Shown here piece after piece: positions 58,677-64,000 of a stretch of DNA of 64,000 bases (position 1 is the stretch's first letter; every line of letters starts with the position of its first letter). The stretch spans positions 77,187 through 141,186 of the forward strand of contig JAXMOE010000001.1 in NCBI GenBank assembly GCA_034670025.1, written 5' to 3'. The stretch is from Chlorobiota bacterium (lineage in GTDB: Bacteria > Bacteroidota > Ignavibacteria > Kapaibacteriales > UBA2268). The position numbers and the translations under genes are program-made. The notes beneath the pieces are model-generated. The model worked only from the letters and a program-made list of their open reading frames with translations, searched no databases and was not told where the DNA came from.

Positions 58677-59624
58677 TTAAAATGGTGTCCATACGAAGCT
58701 AAAAAATGGTGCGACTGCTGGTGCAGTAAAGAATGCCAAACCAAAATCAGCTCCAAATTCTGTATTAGCTATTCTAAATCCGAGCAATACACCTGTGTCT
58801 TGTGGCTTTGCTACATTAGAGTTCCACAGTTCACCGATGAAGTGAACACCGTGCCAGTGGGTGAATTTTGTGTCTAATCCAATAGAAAGTCCAAAAGACC
58901 CATTCGCATAATTGATGTCAAACACATTGTCTCTAAAACTGGCTTGATTCAAATCATCAGACCCCAATTTTGAGAATAGTGCAAGTGAAATTCTTGATCT
59001 TTTTCTTTTGAATGTAGCTACGGTGTAGGCATGTATAAATCTATTGTCATGGTTCACAAATGCTAAATTACCACCGACAGCTAATTGTAGATTCCCTTCA
59101 AATGATTCATATTCTTCTTTTAGAACAGTGAACTTCATGTTCAAATTCGTAACTTGTTCATTGCTTGCTACTGTAGGAATAATTGATCTACCAGCAGTAA
59201 CAGATATTCTGTCCATAACTCCAAAACCACCTCGGAGGAATAGCAGCTCATAATTCCCAACAAAATGATCATCACCTATTGGCTCTGCCGTTGGCATAAA
59301 ATATACTCTGTGTCCATGACGGTAATAATCTTCTTCCAGATGATGTTCTTCAATCTGATTGTAAAAAATTACTGCTTCGCCGAGCTGAGTTTCTACTGAA
59401 ATTCCTTTACCATATTCATCGACTTCTACTTCATTTTGAACTGCACCGGTAATCAAATCGCCATTTTTCAATTTGAAAATATACACTTTACCGTATTCTA
59501 AATCAATAGAATAGAGCGATGCAAAAGCAAATAGAAAAATAAAAATTGATATGTAAATAGTTCTATTCAAAATCAGCTTATTATTTATTCCTATCAGATA
59601 GTGCAAGTTGACCACAGGCAGCAT
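58677..59624 (-). CDS. Putative outer-membrane beta-barrel protein
   Basis: 315 aa; C-terminal aromatic residue (FVWTPF); alternating amphipathic strands. An alternative in-frame TTG start at 59570 gives a cleaner signal peptide MNRTIYISIFIFLFAFASLYS and removes the overlap with rlmN. Confidence 0.45.
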   Translation of the reverse strand: MLPVVNLHYLIGINNKLILNRTIYISIFIFLFAFASLYSIDLEYGKVYIFKLKNGDLITGAVQNEVEVDEYGKGISVETQLGEAVIFYNQIEEHHLEEDYYRHGHRVYFMPTAEPIGDDHFVGNYELLFLRGGFGVMDRISVTAGRSIIPTVASNEQVTNLNMKFTVLKEEYESFEGNLQLAVGGNLAFVNHDNRFIHAYTVATFKRKRSRISLALFSKLGSDDLNQASFRDNVFDINYANGSFGLSIGLDTKFTHWHGVHFIGELWNSNVAKPQDTGVLLGFRIANTEFGADFGLAFFTAPAVAPFFSFVWTPF

Positions 59625-60675
59625 CTATATCACTACCAAAAGTATCTCTGATGGTAACAACTCCTCCAAACCCCCTGATTTCTGAAGCAAATTCGGCTAT
59701 TCTTTCGCTACTCGTAGGCACTAAAGTTTCTGCAATTCCAGTTGGCTCAGTGAATGATATATCATTGAATGGAATAAGATTCACTCTTGACGGCACTCTT
59801 TTACTGATTTTTGCTAATCGCTTGGCATCTTCCTTTGTATCATTCATATCTTTGAACGGAATATACTCATAAGTAACGCTGAGTCTTGTTGCACGATAGT
59901 ACTCTTCCACCGCGTCCATTAGCACAGATATATCTGCCTTCAGATTGATAGGCATTATCTTATCTCTAAACCCATTTGTAGTGCCGTGTAGCGAAATAGC
60001 TAACTTCGGTGGACTTTTCAACTGAGCTAATTTTTTAATACTTGGAACTACTCCAGAAGTTGATACTGTAATTTTACGTCGTGACATCATATCAGTATCT
60101 GGGTGAGTGAGTATATTCACAGCTTTGGCTACATTTCTGTAGTTCAAAAGTGGTTCGCCCATTCCCATAAATACTACATTAGTTATCTTGGTGTCTAAGT
60201 CTGCTTCTATTTCTAATATTTGTGATAATATTTCGTGAGTTTCTAAGTTTCTTTCCAAATCCATAGTGCCAGTGGCACAGAACTTACAGCTGAGTGAACA
60301 GCCAACTTGACTCGAAATACATAATGTATTACGTATATTTATCTCTTCGGACTCATCGTACCACGGCATAAATACGGCTTCTATACTTTTGTCATCGGCC
60401 ATAGTAAATAAGTATTTGATTGAGCCATCTACGGAAACTTGTTTCTCCATAGATTTGAATGACTTCAAGGTGTAATCTTCAGATAACTCATCTCTCAGCT
60501 TCTTTGATAATGTTGTCATACCGTCAATATCATCTACTTTGGTAGAATACAGAGCTTTGAACAATTGATCTGCTCTGAATTTTGGTAATCCCTTCGATTT
60601 TGCAATATCCAGAATGTCTGAATATTCAAAATTCCTAAGGTTATCTTTCTTGTCTATTTGTTTTAATTCTTCCAT
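59581..60675 (-). CDS. rlmN: 23S rRNA (adenine2503-C2)-methyltransferase, radical SAM
   Basis: 364 aa; CISSQVGCSLSCKFCATG CxxxCxxC; GMGEPLLN. Confidence 0.9.
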   Translation of the reverse strand: MEELKQIDKKDNLRNFEYSDILDIAKSKGLPKFRADQLFKALYSTKVDDIDGMTTLSKKLRDELSEDYTLKSFKSMEKQVSVDGSIKYLFTMADDKSIEAVFMPWYDESEEINIRNTLCISSQVGCSLSCKFCATGTMDLERNLETHEILSQILEIEADLDTKITNVVFMGMGEPLLNYRNVAKAVNILTHPDTDMMSRRKITVSTSGVVPSIKKLAQLKSPPKLAISLHGTTNGFRDKIMPINLKADISVLMDAVEEYYRATRLSVTYEYIPFKDMNDTKEDAKRLAKISKRVPSRVNLIPFNDISFTEPTGIAETLVPTSSERIAEFASEIRGFGGVVTIRDTFGSDIDAACGQLALSDRNK

Positions 60676-60686
60676 ATTATTAGTAA

Positions 60687-62354
60687 CTACGAGTTACTTT
60701 CCTCAGTGTTATTTTCTTTGTTAATTTTTGAATCAGTATTTAGTTTTGATTCAGCTTGTTGTTTTGGAATTGTAATATCACTCCCATCTCGTTCTGCACG
60801 ATAGTGAGGCGATAGTATTTCTACCCCTGCTACATTAAATTCATCCAATATATTTCTATGAATATCGGAATAAATAGCAGCCATTCGGTGCGATTGCTTT
60901 GTGTAAGCATTTATCTGATAGCTAATGTAAAAATCTTCCAATCCCGTTTGTAATACAAACGGCTCTCTTTCTTTGTCGACTCCATCGGATTTCTTAGCTG
61001 CTGATATAAGTAATTCTTTCACTTTGTCTTGCGGTACATCGTATCCAATTGTAACTGTTGTGTGCAATATTAGCCCCAAATCTTTAGAAGCCGTGGTATA
61101 ATTTGTGCTATGGCTAGATAAAATTTTTGAGTTTGGTACTGTTATGTCTTCATTTTTTGTAGTTCTGATCCTTGTAACCAATAGTGTTTTTTGTATTACA
61201 TCGCCAGTTACATTGTCTATCATTACTCTGTCACCAATCTGGAAAGGCCTCATATAAGTGATTACCAAACCCGACACTATATTTGCAATAGCCGTAGATG
61301 AACCAAGGGAAACCAAAACTCCCAAAAAGATAGATACACCTTGAAACACATTACTATCAGAATAAGGTAAATAAGGGAAAATTAAAACTATAACAAATGC
61401 GTAGATTAAAAACCTAACGATATTGAATGTGGGTTTTGCCCATTCAGGATAAAAGTTTGGTAAAGTTAAGCGTTCTAGTTTTACTTCATTTGATAAAAAT
61501 TTCAGAAATTGAATGAAATATTTAGCTACCACTATAATAATAATGATAATTATTAGATTAGGAATATAATTTAATATAGCAAATATCATTGCTTTTAGTG
61601 GAGAAAGCACATAACCAAAAAGTTGATCAGACAAGCCCTTAGTCCACGGGAAAAGTCCTAATACTATGGGGAAGACGAAGTATAAGCAGAACAAAATGAA
61701 TACTACTTTCACTCCTTTAAGCGCAATAATAGCAAAGTGAAGTAAGTTGTTAGCATCGAGTAATTTCAGCTGCTTTATTTTGACATCTTTGATATAAGTG
61801 TCTTTCAGTTGATATAACTTAAGTGTAACAAATCTAAATAACTTATTTACATATTTTATGAACATGAAAAATACTAATAGTATCAGAATAGTAATTCCAA
61901 TATTTATTAGAATTGAGTAATAAGACCGCTCTTCATTTTCCTTATCTATTTTTATTGTTAGTATAGACAACCATTCATTTGCAATCTCTTCTTTTGTCTT
62001 ACCAAAGTATTCTTCATCTTCGGAGCTTACAGCAACTATAATATCATCTTTGTATTTGAGGTAATAGAAGTGATTGTTGCTATCAATAATGAAGTTTTCA
62101 GAGTTGTAGGTTACATTTTCTGCTAATAGCTCAGTTTTACGAGCGATATCTTTTATCCGCTCTTCTAAGGTCTTGCTACCTATTCCGTTGCCTAAAACAA
62201 AAACACTATCGCCCATTACTGTTACTACAGAATAGGAGATAGTGTCTATTGCAATTGCTTCTTTTATTTCGGTTTGTTTTATATCGGTTACAGATTGAGC
62301 AATCAAGCCAACATAGCTGGCAAGAAACAATAACATTGCAATTAAATTTCTCAT
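60687..62354 (-). CDS. Mechanosensitive ion channel, MscS family (with N-terminal periplasmic extension)
   Basis: 555 aa; signal peptide; multiple TM; conserved MscS beta-domain GDRVMIDNVTGDVIQKTLLVTRIRTTKNEDITVPNSKILS. Confidence 0.85.
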   Translation of the reverse strand: MRNLIAMLLFLASYVGLIAQSVTDIKQTEIKEAIAIDTISYSVVTVMGDSVFVLGNGIGSKTLEERIKDIARKTELLAENVTYNSENFIIDSNNHFYYLKYKDDIIVAVSSEDEEYFGKTKEEIANEWLSILTIKIDKENEERSYYSILINIGITILILLVFFMFIKYVNKLFRFVTLKLYQLKDTYIKDVKIKQLKLLDANNLLHFAIIALKGVKVVFILFCLYFVFPIVLGLFPWTKGLSDQLFGYVLSPLKAMIFAILNYIPNLIIIIIIIVVAKYFIQFLKFLSNEVKLERLTLPNFYPEWAKPTFNIVRFLIYAFVIVLIFPYLPYSDSNVFQGVSIFLGVLVSLGSSTAIANIVSGLVITYMRPFQIGDRVMIDNVTGDVIQKTLLVTRIRTTKNEDITVPNSKILSSHSTNYTTASKDLGLILHTTVTIGYDVPQDKVKELLISAAKKSDGVDKEREPFVLQTGLEDFYISYQINAYTKQSHRMAAIYSDIHRNILDEFNVAGVEILSPHYRAERDGSDITIPKQQAESKLNTDSKINKENNTEESNS

Positions 62355-62375
62355 ACTGTAATTCCGATTTTTAGA

Positions 62376-64000
62376 CTAATTAGCTATCAAATTAATCAAT
62401 TTATCTGGAACATGAATAACTTTTCTTATTTGTTTCCCATCTATGTGCTTTTGTACGTTTGGTTCTTGTTTTGCTAATTCGACCAATTCTTCTTGGCTCA
62501 AACCCGTTGGTACAGTAATTTTAGCTCTGATTTTACTCAAAACTTGTACGACTACTTCTACACTTGATTTCTGTAGTTTCGATTCATCATACTTTGGCCA
62601 ATCAGCTAATACGACACTTCCTTCCATTCCCAATTTGTGCCATATTTCTTCACTGAAATGAGGTGCAAAAGGAGAAAGAATTTTGATGAAATCGATTATT
62701 GCATTTTTCGGAATAGCTTCTAATTTGTAAAATTCATTTACTAAAATCATCATTTGTGAGATTGCAGTGTTGAATTTTAATTCTTCTATATCTTCACCAA
62801 CTTTCTTGATTGTTTCGTGGTGAACAAAGTCAAAGTCTTCACCTGCTTCTACTTGCCTGATGTTTTGGTTGACGTTACCATCTTCATCAACTATCAATCT
62901 CCACACTCTGTTCAAGAATCTGAATATTCCTTCTATCCCCGTTTCTGACCAAGGAACTGATTGTTCCAAAGGCCCTAAGAACATTTCGAACATACGAAGT
63001 GAGTCGGCACCATACTTAGCTACAACATCATCTGGATTGATAACATTACCCAATGATTTTGACATTTTTCTACCGTCGTTACCCATAATCAAGCCCTGAT
63101 GGAATAGCTTTTTGAACGGCTCTTTGCTTGTTACATATCCGTAATCATAAAGCACTTTGTGCCAAAACCTTGCATAAAGTAAGTGAAGCACAGCGTGCTC
63201 TGCACCACCTACATATAAGTCAACTCCTTCTTCACCCATCCAATATTCTTGCTTTTCTTTGTCTGCGAATATCTCATCGTTATTTGGGTCAATATATCTT
63301 AGGTAATACCAACAAGAGCCAGACCACTGGGGCATAGTGTTAGTCTCTATTTTTCCTCTTTTTCCTGTAACTGGGTCGTCGTAATTTATCCAGCTATCTA
63401 CTGTTGCCAAAGGAGACTCGCCAGTGCCAGCAGGTTCATATTTTTCTACTTCTGGTAATTCTAATGGCAATTCATCTAATCCAAATGCTCTTTTTGTTCC
63501 GTCTTCAAACAAGATGATAGGGATTGGTTCACCCCAATATCTTTGTCTCGAAAATAGCCAATCTCTCAATCTGAATTGTGTTTTGATTGTACCTATTTTG
63601 CTTTCTTCTAACCAATGGATTATCTTCTTTTTAGCATCCTTAGTTTTCATTCCATCTATGCTTACAATTTCACTCGACGAATTGATAGCCACACCTGATT
63701 TGGAATATGCTTCCTTGTAAAAGTCATGTTCCTTACTATTTGGTTGTACTACTGGCGTTATTTCTATTCCAAATTGCTTAGCAAACTCATAATCTCTTTC
63801 ATCGTGAGCTGGGACTGCCATAATTGCACCTGTACCATAGCCCATAAGCACATAATCTGAAATAAGAATAGGTATTTCTTTGTTGTTAGCTGGGTTCACA
63901 GCATAAACACCAGTGAACACACCAGTTTTGTCTTTGCTCAATTCCGATCTTTCTATGTCAGTTTTTAGCGAGCTTTCTCTTACATACTTATCAACTTTAT
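62376..64000 (-). CDS. leuS: Leucyl-tRNA synthetase, C-terminal ~540 codons (5' end lies beyond the window)
   Basis: KMSKSLGNVI class-I KMSKS motif; RDWLFSRQRYWGEPIP and TGAIMAVPAHDERDYEFA blocks align with E. coli LeuS; reading frame stays open to position 64000. Confidence 0.9.
   Translation of the reverse strand, partial: KVDKYVRESSLKTDIERSELSKDKTGVFTGVYAVNPANNKEIPILISDYVLMGYGTGAIMAVPAHDERDYEFAKQFGIEITPVVQPNSKEHDFYKEAYSKSGVAINSSSEIVSIDGMKTKDAKKKIIHWLEESKIGTIKTQFRLRDWLFSRQRYWGEPIPIILFEDGTKRAFGLDELPLELPEVEKYEPAGTGESPLATVDSWINYDDPVTGKRGKIETNTMPQWSGSCWYYLRYIDPNNDEIFADKEKQEYWMGEEGVDLYVGGAEHAVLHLLYARFWHKVLYDYGYVTSKEPFKKLFHQGLIMGNDGRKMSKSLGNVINPDDVVAKYGADSLRMFEMFLGPLEQSVPWSETGIEGIFRFLNRVWRLIVDEDGNVNQNIRQVEAGEDFDFVHHETIKKVGEDIEELKFNTAISQMMILVNEFYKLEAIPKNAIIDFIKILSPFAPHFSEEIWHKLGMEGSVVLADWPKYDESKLQKSSVEVVVQVLSKIRAKITVPTGLSQEELVELAKQEPNVQKHIDGKQIRKVIHVPDKLINLIAN

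Noticed and set aside
63939-64000. Apparent in-frame stop just upstream of the leuS ORF start listed in the ORF track, which would imply a split LeuRS
   Set aside because: Re-deriving the reverse complement showed the frame is open to the window edge (…KVDKYVRESSLKTDIERSELSKDKTG…). The ORF track simply starts at an internal TTG. leuS is truncated only by the window boundary.
1-64000. Looked for CRISPR arrays, tRNA or rRNA genes, transposases, integrases and riboswitches, for example upstream of the TonB receptor
   Set aside because: No direct-repeat/spacer periodicity, no cloverleaf-compatible segments in intergenic regions, no DDE or tyrosine-recombinase ORFs. The TonB-receptor leader is only ~120 nt and AT-rich with no conserved riboswitch core.

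Overview
This 64-kb window is low-GC chromosomal DNA that looks Bacteroidota-like. It carries three giant secreted proteins with C-terminal T9SS sorting domains, OmpA-family outer-membrane proteins and a TonB-dependent receptor, and all stops and recoding sites are consistent with genetic code 11. Most of the window is densely packed housekeeping genes. These include an acyl-CoA dehydrogenase, prfB (with its programmed +1 frameshift), clpC, hemW, lepB plus a short second signal peptidase I, lepA, ftsW-murD, def, queA, kdsB, gatC, rlmN and an MscS channel. Also present are a partial leuS at the right edge, a PiT phosphate transporter, rsmD, an M16 peptidase, FKBP isomerases, and an MBOAT/SGNH O-acyltransferase pair. 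I found no rRNA, tRNA, CRISPR array, transposase or integrase.

The clearest accessory-looking stretch is about 13.2-17.2 kb, which appears AT-richer than the flanking clpC and TonB-receptor genes. It contains a 435-aa protein with an AlbA_2 (Schlafen-like) domain. Directly upstream of that gene sits a 47-codon remnant of a higA-like antitoxin, fused to a duplicated copy of the higB promoter region. The segment also holds a standalone Reg_prop beta-propeller lipoprotein and an intact higB-higA toxin-antitoxin pair. Three near-identical copies of a 35-40 bp element, a hairpin followed by a U-tract on the minus strand, each sit at the 3' end of a consecutive minus-strand unit: the TonB receptor, higBA, and the Reg_prop gene. 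This looks like modular shuffling of a toxin-antitoxin cassette and its terminator, with the AlbA_2 gene captured behind a decayed antitoxin start. It is the best candidate for something undescribed, but the function is inferred, not demonstrated.

Other items worth a second look:
- a second AlbA_2 + wHTH protein after def
- an orphan UmuD/LexA-like S24 peptidase with no umuC partner
- a 3TM + cyclic-nucleotide-binding-domain membrane protein with a Popeye-like architecture
- a lipoprotein homolog of inorganic pyrophosphatase with altered metal-binding residues, in a slyD operon
- a lipoprotein gene broken by a single in-frame TAA next to its intact paralog
- two cases of a T9SS cargo gene paired with an adjacent OmpA-family gene
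- a terminator-like hairpin whose loop contains the start codon of the next gene
- perfect palindromes in two divergent promoter regions
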